The notes: a model not told the origin generated them from the letters alone. 64,000 nt of DNA from Deltaproteobacteria bacterium (GCA_021799495.1 JAJZAI010000012.1:4292-68291), one strand, 5' to 3'. Positions 19,750-29,208 are shown, numbered from the stretch's first letter. A program made the numbers and translations.

Positions 19750-20573
19750 CTTCCGGATAGCGCGCGCCAACCCATCTCGACCGCGATCAGGACGAGAATG
19801 GTGGCGAACAGTTTGCGCAGATAACTAACATTGGCGTGCGGAAGCACGCGGCTTCCGACCAGTGCGCCGCCGGTGACGCCGATCGCGACCGGCGCGGCGA
19901 CGGCCGCGGCAACGTCGCCGCGCGAGAGAAAGACCAGCGCGCCGGCCCCCGCGGTAACGCCGATCATGAAATTGCTGGTCGCGCTCGAAACCTTGAGCGG
20001 CAGTTTCATGAGATGGTCCATCGCGGCGACTTTGAGCGCGCCGGACCCAATTCCCAGCAATCCCGACATGACGCCCGCGATAACCATCAGAACCGCGCCG
20101 CCGGGCAAATTTCTCACCCCGTACGGCGTCATCCGGCCGTCGTCGCCGGGAATTTCTCCGCCCAGCCGCAGCCGTTCGCAGATAGGGTCGGACTGGGACA
20201 GCAATTCGTCTCCGTGCTTGGTGATCGAATAATAGGCTGACTGCAGCATCATCAGCGCGAACAGCATCTCGAGCACCGGCTGCGAGATCACGCCGGCGAG
20301 ATAAGCTCCCGTCAGCGCTCCGGTCACCGTCGCGCACTCCAGGATGATGGCGACGCGCAGATTGGTCCAGCCGTCGCGCACGAACGCGACGCTGGCGCCG
20401 GCGCTGGTCGCAACCACCGAGATCAGGCTCGCGCCAACCGCGACCTGCATCGGCACGTGCGCCAGGATCACCAATCCGGGAACTATAAAAACGCCGCCTC
20501 CCAATCCTGAGAGCGCGCCGACAAAGCCGGCGAGAATCGCAAGCGCCAACAGCCCACCAAGGATCGTCAACAT
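19746..20573 (-). CDS. TauE/SafE-family sulfite/sulfonate exporter-type permease
   Basis: Gly-rich polytopic membrane protein with internal duplication (LSGLGGGVFIVPGLV ... LLGIGSGALKVAAM), typical of the TauE/SafE family. Confidence 0.75.
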   Translation of the reverse strand: MLTILGGLLALAILAGFVGALSGLGGGVFIVPGLVILAHVPMQVAVGASLISVVATSAGASVAFVRDGWTNLRVAIILECATVTGALTGAYLAGVISQPVLEMLFALMMLQSAYYSITKHGDELLSQSDPICERLRLGGEIPGDDGRMTPYGVRNLPGGAVLMVIAGVMSGLLGIGSGALKVAAMDHLMKLPLKVSSATSNFMIGVTAGAGALVFLSRGDVAAAVAAPVAIGVTGGALVGSRVLPHANVSYLRKLFATILVLIAVEMGWRALSGR

Positions 20574-20828
20574 GACGCAATTATCCGAGATTTCGGAATC
20601 ATTCGGCTTCTCCGTCCATTCACATGACGCGACAGCTCCGCGCCATTGATCAAAATGCTAGTTGGGAGTGCGGCAAGAGACAATCAAGAGCGCGCGAACG
20701 GGTTTGACGATCATTAAACCGTTTGGGCGAGAATGGGTTTGAATATCGCTCGATACATCAAGCTAGCCGATAGGAAATTCGAATATTATGCGGTCGCAAC
20801 TTCGCGGCGAGATCGAATCTCGCTCGCG

Positions 20829-20848
20829 GGGACCGCGCGCGGTCCCCG
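20829..20848 (-). terminator. GC-rich palindrome immediately after the cinA stop (possible terminator)
   Basis: ggggaccgcgcgcggtcccc is a perfect 20-nt palindrome 4 nt downstream of the cinA stop. There is no clear U-tract. Confidence 0.3.
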
Positions 20849-20851
20849 GAA

Positions 20852-22135
20852 TCACTTGCGGAAGAGCGCGGACTCGCCGATCGGCATTTCGAGCGCGAAG
20901 CGCCGCAGCCAGTCCAGCGCGACCTGCGAAGTCAGCAGTTTGATCCATTCGCGATTGCCGCGCAGGTTGAAGCGCCGCGCGGCTTTGACCGACTCGGAAT
21001 CGAGCGCGACGCAGACCGTGCCGACCGGATGTTCGGGCGTGCCGCCGGCCGGTCCCGCGACGCCGGAGGTCGCGATCGCCACATCCGCGCCGGCGGCGGC
21101 GCGCGCTCCCGCCGCCATTTCGCGCACGCATTCGACGCTGACCGCGCCGAATTCCCTGAGCGTCGCTTCCTTCACGCCGAGCAGTCCCGTCTTGAGCTCG
21201 TTCGAATAGGTGACGAAGTCGCCGCAAAAGTAGCCCGAACTGCCGGCGACGTTGGTGATGCGGTGGCCGATCAGGCCGCCGGTGCACGACTCGGCGACCG
21301 CGAGCTTGAGCCGTTTTTCGGTGTAAAGCTCGCCAATCACTTCTTCCATCGAGCGTTCGCCTTCCGCGTAGATGAATTCGCCGACGCGGGCGCGCACCCG
21401 TTCGCTCAATTCCTCCAACCGCCGCTCGGCGCGGCCGGGCGCGTCCTCGACCATCACCTTCATTGAAATCTGGGGAAAACTGGCGCGAAAGCCGACCTTG
21501 GCCTCCTCCGGCCGAATCAAGCCAACGACCGCCTGATCCAACCCGGACTCGCTGATGCCGAAGGTCTGGAAAATGCGCGTGGCGAAAATTTTGTCCGAGC
21601 CGCGGTTCTGCCGAATCCACGGGATCACTTCGTTCTCGAACATCGGCTTCATTTCGCGCGGCACGCCCGGCATCACGACCAGATGCGCCGTATGGTTCTT
21701 CATCAACACGGGCATCCGAAATCCCGGCGCCGTTCCGAGCGGGTTTGGAATCACTTCGGCGGTCTCGGGAAAGAGCGCCTGCTTGATATTGTTCTCCGGC
21801 ATCACGCGGCCAACCGATTCAAACAGCCGCCGCATGTGTTCGACGGACGGCTCGTGGCGCCACAACTTCTTGCCGGTCAGGCGCGCGATCGTCTCGGTGG
21901 TCAAATCGTCGGCCGTCGGTCCGATACCGCCGGTCGAAAGCACCACGTCGCCCATTTCCATCGCGGTCCGCCATGCCCATTCGAGCCGTTCGTGCACGTC
22001 GCCCACCGTAATCACGGCGATCAGATCGACGCCGATTTCGTTGAGCTTGTCGGCAAGATAATTGGAATTGCTGTCGACCACCTTGCCGGTGGTGATTTCA
22101 TCGCCGGTGGAAAGAATCACGGCACGTTCGATCAT
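20852..22135 (-). CDS. cinA: CinA-family competence/damage-inducible protein (MoCF-like plus PncC nicotinamide-nucleotide amidase domains)
   Basis: MIERAVILSTGDEITTGKVVDSNSNYLADKL N-terminus and C-terminal AESCTGGLIG ... ATSGVAGPAGG PncC motifs. Confidence 0.85.
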   Translation of the reverse strand: MIERAVILSTGDEITTGKVVDSNSNYLADKLNEIGVDLIAVITVGDVHERLEWAWRTAMEMGDVVLSTGGIGPTADDLTTETIARLTGKKLWRHEPSVEHMRRLFESVGRVMPENNIKQALFPETAEVIPNPLGTAPGFRMPVLMKNHTAHLVVMPGVPREMKPMFENEVIPWIRQNRGSDKIFATRIFQTFGISESGLDQAVVGLIRPEEAKVGFRASFPQISMKVMVEDAPGRAERRLEELSERVRARVGEFIYAEGERSMEEVIGELYTEKRLKLAVAESCTGGLIGHRITNVAGSSGYFCGDFVTYSNELKTGLLGVKEATLREFGAVSVECVREMAAGARAAAGADVAIATSGVAGPAGGTPEHPVGTVCVALDSESVKAARRFNLRGNREWIKLLTSQVALDWLRRFALEMPIGESALFRK

Positions 22136-22176
22136 GGCTCGCTCCCTGGGCGGCCGTCGGCGCCGCCAAACTGACC

Positions 22177-22650
22177 TTATAGCAGCCGGCGCGCGGCCTG
22201 CAGCACCAGGTTGGCATAGATGCCCGCGGCCAAATCGTCAAGCATCACGCCCGCGCCGCCGCCGACCCGGCGGTCAAAGTAACTGGCCGGAAAGGGCTTG
22301 AGAATATCGAAAAAACGGAAAATCACGAAACCCGCCCCGACCCACAAAGCGCCGGTCGGATTCATGAACATCGCCGCGACCATCCCGAAAATTTCATCGA
22401 GCACGATTTTCGAGCTGTCATGCTCGCCCAGAATCCATTCGGCCGCCCCGGCCACGCCGCATCCGCCGACGAACGCGATTCCGAAGCACAGGGCAAAACC
22501 CAACGAATAGGCTCGCCAAAGCGGCGCTAGAACGAAATAGCCAAGCGCCAGCCCAACGACCGAACCGGCGGTTCCCGGCGCGATCGGCGCGTAGCCACTG
22601 CCGGCGCCGGTCGCCAGAAACATCACGATTCCGCGAATTACGCTGCGCAC
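22177..22650 (-). CDS. pgpA: Phosphatidylglycerophosphatase A
   Basis: GAGSGYAPIAPGTAGSVVG and FRFFDILKPFP motifs. 157 aa. Confidence 0.85.
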   Translation of the reverse strand: MRSVIRGIVMFLATGAGSGYAPIAPGTAGSVVGLALGYFVLAPLWRAYSLGFALCFGIAFVGGCGVAGAAEWILGEHDSSKIVLDEIFGMVAAMFMNPTGALWVGAGFVIFRFFDILKPFPASYFDRRVGGGAGVMLDDLAAGIYANLVLQAARRLL

Positions 22651-22732
22651 GGCGCGCCGACGATATCATTCCCGGCGCGGCGGCGCAGCCCGCGGCGGCC
22701 GCCGGATAATCGGCGCGAGGCCGGGCCGCGGA

Positions 22733-23554
22733 TCAGGCGGGACGGACGGGCGTCGCGCTTTCTTCGGCGTTGACCTCGACCGCGCTGACGCCTTCGACAT
22801 TACGCGCCACGCTCCCGATCAGGTCATCCCACGGCGGCACCAATCCGGGACCGTTGACCTGCACTTTCCCGCTCAGACAGTTCACTTCGAGCGGAGCGTG
22901 GCCGATCTTCGGATGGGACATCAGGGTCGCGCGGACTTCGGCCGCGAGCGCTTCATCGCACAATCTTTGACGGCTGTCCGCCGGAGCGCTCCGATCGATT
23001 TCCGCCGCCGCCTCGCTGAGCATTTTCAAGAGCGCGGAGATCGGCGTGGAGTGGGTATTGAGCGTCAGATGATGAAATAGCGGATCTTCGATATCGACAT
23101 TGAATAACGTCTGCATGCGCGCGCGAACTTCGCGGTCATACTCGCGCACCCGGCGCTCGGCCACGGCCGGCGCAAGATTTTCCTCGGCCGCAATGGCGGC
23201 GATCCGTTCCTTCATCGGCGCCACCAGCCGCACGCGCAAGCCTCTCCCGACTTCCGGCAGTAAAATCGCGACCGACCGGCCGAGAATCACGAGGTTATCC
23301 GACGCCATGAATTTGAGCGTGGCGGCGCGGAATAATGGAATGAAGCGCGCGGTGTCGGTCTTAAGCCGCTCCCAGAAATGCGTCCGGCGTTCATCGACAA
23401 TGACAAGTTGTTCCGGCGTAACCTTGAAGCGGCTCGCCGCCTCGTCGATCACCATCTGGGAATTCAGGAACCGATAGCCGAGCCGGTCGGCGACGAGCCG
23501 GCCCAGCTCGTCGGCGCGCGTGCCGATGTGCTGGGTAATCGCGATGATCGCCAT
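22733..23554 (-). CDS. Cytidylate-kinase-like family protein with C-terminal BON domain
   Basis: IAITQHIGTRADELGRLVADRLGYRFL resembles the cytidylate-kinase-like (non-canonical P-loop) family. The C-terminal SGKVQVNGPGLVPPWDDLIGSVARNVEGVSAVEVN is BON-like. Confidence 0.55.
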   Translation of the reverse strand: MAIIAITQHIGTRADELGRLVADRLGYRFLNSQMVIDEAASRFKVTPEQLVIVDERRTHFWERLKTDTARFIPLFRAATLKFMASDNLVILGRSVAILLPEVGRGLRVRLVAPMKERIAAIAAEENLAPAVAERRVREYDREVRARMQTLFNVDIEDPLFHHLTLNTHSTPISALLKMLSEAAAEIDRSAPADSRQRLCDEALAAEVRATLMSHPKIGHAPLEVNCLSGKVQVNGPGLVPPWDDLIGSVARNVEGVSAVEVNAEESATPVRPA

Positions 23555-23771
23555 ATGAACCCCCGAGAACTGTCCCCATCGCCAATCTTAGGGCGATGGC
23601 GGCGGATGCGCAAATCAGTCAAATCTATCTGACGCGCCGAAATTGACGCATCACGGCGAAAATCCGCCGGCGACGCCGCCGCATGGAATCGGCCCGCCGC
23701 GACCGCTACGATAACGCCTTAATCTCTTGCGCCAGCCGCGGCCCGCCCGAGGCCGGCTTTACGGAACTTCG

Positions 23772-24932
23772 ATGGCCCGAAATACACCGTCAGTCGAGCG
23801 GATCGCCGGCGCTCGCATCAATCCCGCCGGAGTCACCGGACGCATGTCCGCGGCGGATCTCGTCGATACCGCCTTTCTCGCCTACAATGGCCGCCGCTTG
23901 CGCGAGGCCTGCCGCCTGTTCGCCGAAAAAATGCTCGCCGATGACGTCGTCGTCGGCGTCAGCCTGACCGGCGCCTTGACGCCGGCCGGACTCGGAATGT
24001 CCTGCATCATTCCGCTGATCGAAAACGGCTTCATCGACTGGATGGTCTCGACGGGCGCCAATCTCTATCACGACGCCCATTTCGGGCTGGGCCTGAAGAT
24101 GTACCAGGGTTCGGCGGAAGCCGACGACGTGGCGCTGCGCAAAGCGGGCGTGGTGCGGATTTACGATATTTTTTTCGATTACCGGGTGCTGCTCTCCACC
24201 GACGCCTTCTTCCGCGAAATCGCGCGCCAGCCCGAGTTTCAGCGCGCGATGGGCACGGCGGAATTCCATTACCTGGCGGGCCGCTACGTCGCCGAGCGCG
24301 AACGCGTGCTCAAGCTGCAACGCCGCTCGCTGCTGGCGGCGGCGTACAAGCATGCGCTGCCGGTTTACACCTCGTCGCCGGGGGATTCGTCGATCGGGAT
24401 GAATCTGGCGGCGCTCGAAATCGAGGGCTACGAACTGCGCATTGACCCGCTCACCGACGTCAACGAAACCGCCGCGATCGTGTACGACGCGAAAGCGCGC
24501 GGGATGAAGTCGGCGGTATTCATCCTCGGCGGCGGATCACCGAAAAATTTCATGTTGCAGACCGAGCCGCAGATTCAGGAAGTGATGGGCGTGGCGGAAA
24601 AAGGCCACGACTATTTCCTGCAGGTGACCGACGCGCGGCCCGACACCGGCGGACTCTCGGGCGCGACGCCGGCCGAAGCGGTCAGTTGGGGTAAAATAGA
24701 TCCCGATCGGTTGCCCGATTCCGTGGTCTGCTACGTTGACAGCACGGTCGCGTTGCCCCTGATCACGGCCTACGCGCTCGCCCGGCGCAAGGCGCGCAAA
24801 CCGCGCCGGATGTACGAGCGGCGCGACGAGATGATGGCGCGGCTCAAGTCGTCATACGAAAAGGTGCTGCGCAAACGCGCCGCCGCCGAAGCCAAAGCGG
24901 CGCGCGGCGCGAAAAGGAAAACCGCGGAATGA
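23772..24932 (+). CDS. Deoxyhypusine synthase-like protein
   Basis: [41 protein letters not shown] and [10 protein letters not shown] are characteristic of the DHS family. ATG at 23772. Confidence 0.8.
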   Translation: MARNTPSVERIAGARINPAGVTGRMSAADLVDTAFLAYNGRRLREACRLFAEKMLADDVVVGVSLTGALTPAGLGMSCIIPLIENGFIDWMVSTGANLYHDAHFGLGLKMYQGSAEADDVALRKAGVVRIYDIFFDYRVLLSTDAFFREIARQPEFQRAMGTAEFHYLAGRYVAERERVLKLQRRSLLAAAYKHALPVYTSSPGDSSIGMNLAALEIEGYELRIDPLTDVNETAAIVYDAKARGMKSAVFILGGGSPKNFMLQTEPQIQEVMGVAEKGHDYFLQVTDARPDTGGLSGATPAEAVSWGKIDPDRLPDSVVCYVDSTVALPLITAYALARRKARKPRRMYERRDEMMARLKSSYEKVLRKRAAAEAKAARGAKRKTAE

Positions 24933-25759
24933 AAGAAGCTGAAGCAGCCGCCCGGGACCCGCGGCGCTGGAAATTCGCGCGCGAGCTCGAGGCCGCCCGG
25001 CAGGCGGCGCTCGCAGCCGGCGCGATCCTCGAGCGCCACTATCGCGAACGCGGCTACGACATCGATTCCAAAGGCAAGGACAATCCCGTCACCACCGCGG
25101 ATTTCGAGGCCGACGCGCGCCTGAAACAGCTCCTGCGCGGCGGCTTTCCCGAATACGGATGGCTCTCGGAGGAAACCGCCGACGATGGCGGCCGGCTCAA
25201 CCGCGAGCGCGTATGGATCGTCGATCCGCTCGACGGCACCAAGGAATTCATCAAGGGCATTCCGGAATTCGTCGTCGCGATCGCGTTGATCGAGGATGGC
25301 GCGCCGGCGCTCGGAGTGACCTACAATCCGATCAAGCGCGAACTCTTCGCCGGCGGCGCGGGTTTCGGATGCTTCGTCGATCATGCGCCGGCGGCGGTAA
25401 GCTCCACCAGCACGCTCGAGCGGGCGACGATCCTCGCCAGCCGCAGCGAAACCTCGCGCGGGGAATGGAAAGCCTATGAGGGTTCGATGACCGTGCGGGC
25501 GATCGGCAGCGTCGCCTACAAGCTCGCGCTGGTCGCCGCCGGACGGGCTGACGCGACTTTCACGCTCACGCCGAAAAGCGAATGGGATATCGCCTCCGGC
25601 GCTGCGCTGATCCTCGCGGCCGGCGGCGCGGTCACGGACGTTCACGGCGATCCGCTCGTTTTCAACAAAAAGTCGGTGAAGGCGCCCGGCCTGATCGCGA
25701 GCAACGGCCATCTGCACGCCGCGCTCGAAGGGCTGATCGGCGTGCGGCGCAAGCGCTGA
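24929..25759 (+). CDS. Inositol-monophosphatase superfamily phosphatase, CysQ-like (3'(2'),5'-bisphosphate nucleotidase candidate)
   Basis: [20 protein letters not shown] and [16 protein letters not shown] motifs. The DPLDGTKEF variant is the form typical of CysQ rather than SuhB. The ATG overlaps the DHS-like stop (ATGA). Confidence 0.7.
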   Translation: MKEAEAAARDPRRWKFARELEAARQAALAAGAILERHYRERGYDIDSKGKDNPVTTADFEADARLKQLLRGGFPEYGWLSEETADDGGRLNRERVWIVDPLDGTKEFIKGIPEFVVAIALIEDGAPALGVTYNPIKRELFAGGAGFGCFVDHAPAAVSSTSTLERATILASRSETSRGEWKAYEGSMTVRAIGSVAYKLALVAAGRADATFTLTPKSEWDIASGAALILAAGGAVTDVHGDPLVFNKKSVKAPGLIASNGHLHAALEGLIGVRRKR

Positions 25760-25789
25760 TCCGGCGCGCGATCGCGCGGCGCAGGCGCG

Positions 25790-27088
25790 TCAGATTTTGC
25801 GTTCGCCGCTCGCCATCGCGAGATAACAAACCATCCCGGTCAGATAGATCGCGACGGTCAGGTAAAAAGCGCCGTTGAACGAACCGGTGCGCTGCAGGAT
25901 AAACCCGGTCACGGCCACGCCCACGATTCCCGGCACGGTCGCCGCCGTGTTCGACAGCCCCATCAGGATGCCCGCGTAGCGCGGCGCGACGTCGAGATGG
26001 TTCACGGCGAAAGCGCCGGAGCCAATCGCGGTGCCGGCCAGCGACAACGTGACCAGCGCGACCGCCGCCGCCGGCGAACGCATCGCGGGCAGCAACAGCA
26101 GCGGCGCGGTGCCGATCATAAACGCCGCCGCCTGCATCGATTTGCGCACCACCGTCAGCGAAACTCCGCGCCGGCGCCATCCGTCGGCGATCCATCCGCT
26201 CAGATTCTGCACGATAAACGCCGCGATCCACGGCACGACCGAAAACATCCCGAGCCGCGCCATCGTCACGCCGAAGGTCGCCTTCAGATAGCTCGGCAGC
26301 CACAGCAGGATTATGTAGAAGCCGAAATTGTTGCAGAGATGGGCGATCACGATCGCCCACACCGCCTTCTCGCGCATGATCGCCCGCCACGGAATCGAAT
26401 CGGCCAGCGTGATCTGATCGGCGCGGCCGGCGGCGATGGTCGCCATCTCGGCCTCGCTCACGCCGCGGCATTCCTCGGGACCGTCGGCCGCTTTGATCTG
26501 CCACGCCGCAAGCCACAGGATGCCGAGCGCGCCCGAGATATAAAAGACGGCCGGCCATCCATACCGCAGAATGATGATCGGGCTGAGCAGCATCGCGACG
26601 ATCGTGCCGAAGGCGACGCCGCTGAAATGAAGCGAAATCGCCCGCGCGCGTTCGGACGCGATCGTCCAGCGCGCCGCGATACTGTGCACCGCCGGAAAAT
26701 TCACCGCCTCGCCCGCGCCCAGCATCGCACGCATAGCGAGCAGCGCGCCGAAGGACCACGACGCCGCGAGCGGCGTCAGGAACGTCGCGACCGACCAGAG
26801 CGCGACTCCGGCCGCCAGCACGCGCTTGCCGCCGAACCGATCGGCCATCCATCCGCCCACCATCTGCAACCACAGGTAGCCCCAGAAGAACGACGACAGC
26901 ACCAGCCCCGTCTGCTCCGGGTCGTACCCGTGATCGTGCGCGAGCGGAATAATCGCGATCGCTATATTGGTGCGATCGACGTAACAGAGCGCCGTCGCCA
27001 GCGCGAACATCAGGACGACCGTGTAGCGCCGCGGCCAGCGGACCGCTTCCGCCCGCGCGATCGCAATCGAAGCCTGCGTCTCGGCCAT
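25790..27088 (-). CDS. MFS transporter (anion:cation symporter-like)
   Basis: 12-TM layout. YVDRTNIAIAIIP, the MADRFGGKRVL loop 2-3 motif and GWIADGWRRRG are typical of ACS-type MFS transporters. Confidence 0.8.
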   Translation of the reverse strand: MAETQASIAIARAEAVRWPRRYTVVLMFALATALCYVDRTNIAIAIIPLAHDHGYDPEQTGLVLSSFFWGYLWLQMVGGWMADRFGGKRVLAAGVALWSVATFLTPLAASWSFGALLAMRAMLGAGEAVNFPAVHSIAARWTIASERARAISLHFSGVAFGTIVAMLLSPIIILRYGWPAVFYISGALGILWLAAWQIKAADGPEECRGVSEAEMATIAAGRADQITLADSIPWRAIMREKAVWAIVIAHLCNNFGFYIILLWLPSYLKATFGVTMARLGMFSVVPWIAAFIVQNLSGWIADGWRRRGVSLTVVRKSMQAAAFMIGTAPLLLLPAMRSPAAAVALVTLSLAGTAIGSGAFAVNHLDVAPRYAGILMGLSNTAATVPGIVGVAVTGFILQRTGSFNGAFYLTVAIYLTGMVCYLAMASGERKI

Positions 27089-27194
27089 TCCTGCGTTCTC
27101 CCCGGCGCGAGCTTAGCGGCGCCGCCCCCGATTTGCCATCGCGCTGGCGCGCCGAGCCGCCTGTGTGACAGCCGCTATGCTAGATTCGTCCGCG

Positions 27195-28169
27195 ATGGCG
27201 CGCGTGTCGGCAGTGATTCCGGTTTACAACGGCGCGGCGACGATCGCCCGCGCGGTCGCAAGCGCGCTCGCCCAACAATTCGACGGCGCGGTCGAGACGA
27301 TCGTCGTCGATGACGGCTCGACCGATGCCACTCGCGCTATTCTTTCCGGTTTCGGCGATCGGATTCGCACGATCCATCAGCCGAACCGCGGCCCGGCCGC
27401 CGCGCGCAACGCCGGCGCCCGGCTGGCCGCCGGAGAATACCTCGCCTTCCTCGACGCCGACGACGAATGGATGCCGGAAAAGCTCGCGCGCACCGTGCCG
27501 CTGCTTGAGGGACGCTCCGAGGTCGTGCTCGTTTTCAGCGACGCGATTCCGATCGACGCGGCCGGCAATCCCGCGGCTGATTCGTATGTCACGCCGGATT
27601 GCGCCCGGGCGCCGTCGATGGCCGACATGCTCGCGCGCTGGTGGCCGATTATTCCGAGCGCCGCCGTGATGCGCCGCGAGGCGTTTCTCGCGACGGGCGG
27701 CTTCGCCGAGGAATTCAAATCCGCTGCGTACGAAGACCCGTTCCTTTTCATCGTGATGCGCGAGCGGGGCGAGTTCGCCTACGTTCCCGAGCGGCTGGTG
27801 CGCTACCGATGGGAATCGCCGGGCGCGCGAATTGAAAAATATCTTCCTTACCAGGAAATTTTCATCCGCGGATTGCGCGAGCGCTACGGCGCGGCCGCGC
27901 GCGGCCTGATTCGAGGAACCCGCCGCGCCGCGGCGAGCGCATGGGGCTACGAGGGCTTGATTGCGCTGCGTGCCGGCGACCGCCGCGCGGCGCGCGATTA
28001 TTTCCTGCGCGCGTTGCGGGCGCGTCCGGCGGATTTCAAAACGATCCTCCGTCTCGCGCGCACCTTCATGCCGGCGGCGCTCGCGCGCGCGATGAGCGGC
28101 AGGACGGCGCGAAACGCGACGGCCCGAACGCCGGATAATTCAGCGTCCGGGCCGCGCGATCAGTCGTAA
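27195..28169 (+). CDS. Glycosyltransferase family 2 with C-terminal TPR-like tail (paralog of 6815-7747)
   Basis: VSAVIPVYNGAATIARAV...TIVVDDGSTDAT...GPAAARNAGARLAAGEYLAFLDADDEW. Collinear with the 6815-7747 protein, including the tail ...LRLARTFMPAALARAMSGRT. Confidence 0.85.
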   Translation: MARVSAVIPVYNGAATIARAVASALAQQFDGAVETIVVDDGSTDATRAILSGFGDRIRTIHQPNRGPAAARNAGARLAAGEYLAFLDADDEWMPEKLARTVPLLEGRSEVVLVFSDAIPIDAAGNPAADSYVTPDCARAPSMADMLARWWPIIPSAAVMRREAFLATGGFAEEFKSAAYEDPFLFIVMRERGEFAYVPERLVRYRWESPGARIEKYLPYQEIFIRGLRERYGAAARGLIRGTRRAAASAWGYEGLIALRAGDRRAARDYFLRALRARPADFKTILRLARTFMPAALARAMSGRTARNATARTPDNSASGPRDQS

Positions 28170-28191
28170 AGCAGACGTCGCCGGAAGGCGC

Positions 28192-29208
28192 TCAGCCGTT
28201 CATCTGCTTGCACAGCCGCCGCCAGATCGCGTCGTCGAACGCGGCCTTGTACGGCACGTAAAAGTTCACGCGATCGAGCAGGCCGTCGAAACGCTCCCGC
28301 ACCTTCTCGCCGATATTCTCGTAGGTGCCGGTGACCGCGTAAACGTCGAGCATCTCGTCCGTAATCAGCTTCGGCATCCCGGCCCAATCGCCCTTGGCGG
28401 CGAGTTCGTTGAGCTTCGGCGCCACGTCGCCCCATCCGTGCGTTTCGAGCACCACCTGGTACGTGCGGGTCGAGGCGTAGAACGAAATCTGCTGGCGCAC
28501 GCCGGCTTTGGCGCGTTCGATCTCGTCGGCGTTGCGGCCGACGATCACGAACGGCGTCGTGGTGATCGTGAAGTCTTTGCGCGCCCGTCCCGATTTCGCG
28601 AGACCTTCATGGATATGCGGCACGAGATACTCGCGCAGATATTTGGCGGAAGTGAACGGATGGGCGTGCAGGCCGTCGCAGATTTCGCCCGCCATCCGCA
28701 GGATATGCGCGTTCACGCCCGCAACGTAAATCGGAATCTGATAGTTGTGCGGCTTGGGCGCGAAGAACGGCGTCATCAGCGACAGGTTGTAGAATTTGCC
28801 CGCATACGAAAGTTTTTTCCCGCCTTCCTGCCAGCACTTGAAAATCGCGCGGAGCGCCTGCACGTAATCGCGCAGCTTCGCCACCGGCGGCTCCCATTTT
28901 ACGCCGTAGCGCCGCTCGATATGGCCTTTGACCTGCGTGCCAAGTCCCAGGATGAAGCGGCCCTTCGACAGCGCGCTCAGGTCCCACGCCGCGTATGCCA
29001 TCGCCATCGGGCTGCGCGGAAAAGCGATCGCGACCGCGGGGCCCAGCTTGACGCGCCGCGTATGTTCGGCGGCGATCGCCAGCGGCAACATGCCGTCATT
29101 GCCCGCCTCCATCGACCAGATCGCGTCGAAACCCTGGTCTTCGGCCTGGCGCGCCAGTTCCGCGACCTCCCTCAGGTCGCGCGTGGTGAGAGTCGTATCG
29201 AGCTTCAT
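28192..29208 (-). CDS. Luciferase-like monooxygenase (LLM) class flavin/F420-dependent oxidoreductase
   Basis: MKLDTTL...AELARQAEDQGFDAIWSMEAGNDGMLPLA and the TIM-barrel LLM layout. The cofactor (F420 or FMN) cannot be decided by eye. Confidence 0.75.
   Translation of the reverse strand: MKLDTTLTTRDLREVAELARQAEDQGFDAIWSMEAGNDGMLPLAIAAEHTRRVKLGPAVAIAFPRSPMAMAYAAWDLSALSKGRFILGLGTQVKGHIERRYGVKWEPPVAKLRDYVQALRAIFKCWQEGGKKLSYAGKFYNLSLMTPFFAPKPHNYQIPIYVAGVNAHILRMAGEICDGLHAHPFTSAKYLREYLVPHIHEGLAKSGRARKDFTITTTPFVIVGRNADEIERAKAGVRQQISFYASTRTYQVVLETHGWGDVAPKLNELAAKGDWAGMPKLITDEMLDVYAVTGTYENIGEKVRERFDGLLDRVNFYVPYKAAFDDAIWRRLCKQMNG

Noticed and set aside
25997-27313. A 438-aa + strand ORF opposite the MFS transporter. 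A 403-aa alternative minus frame (25662-26873) has the same problem.
   Set aside because: Both are Arg/Asp/His-rich with no TM pattern or motif. The 25790-27088 frame gives a coherent 12-TM MFS protein.
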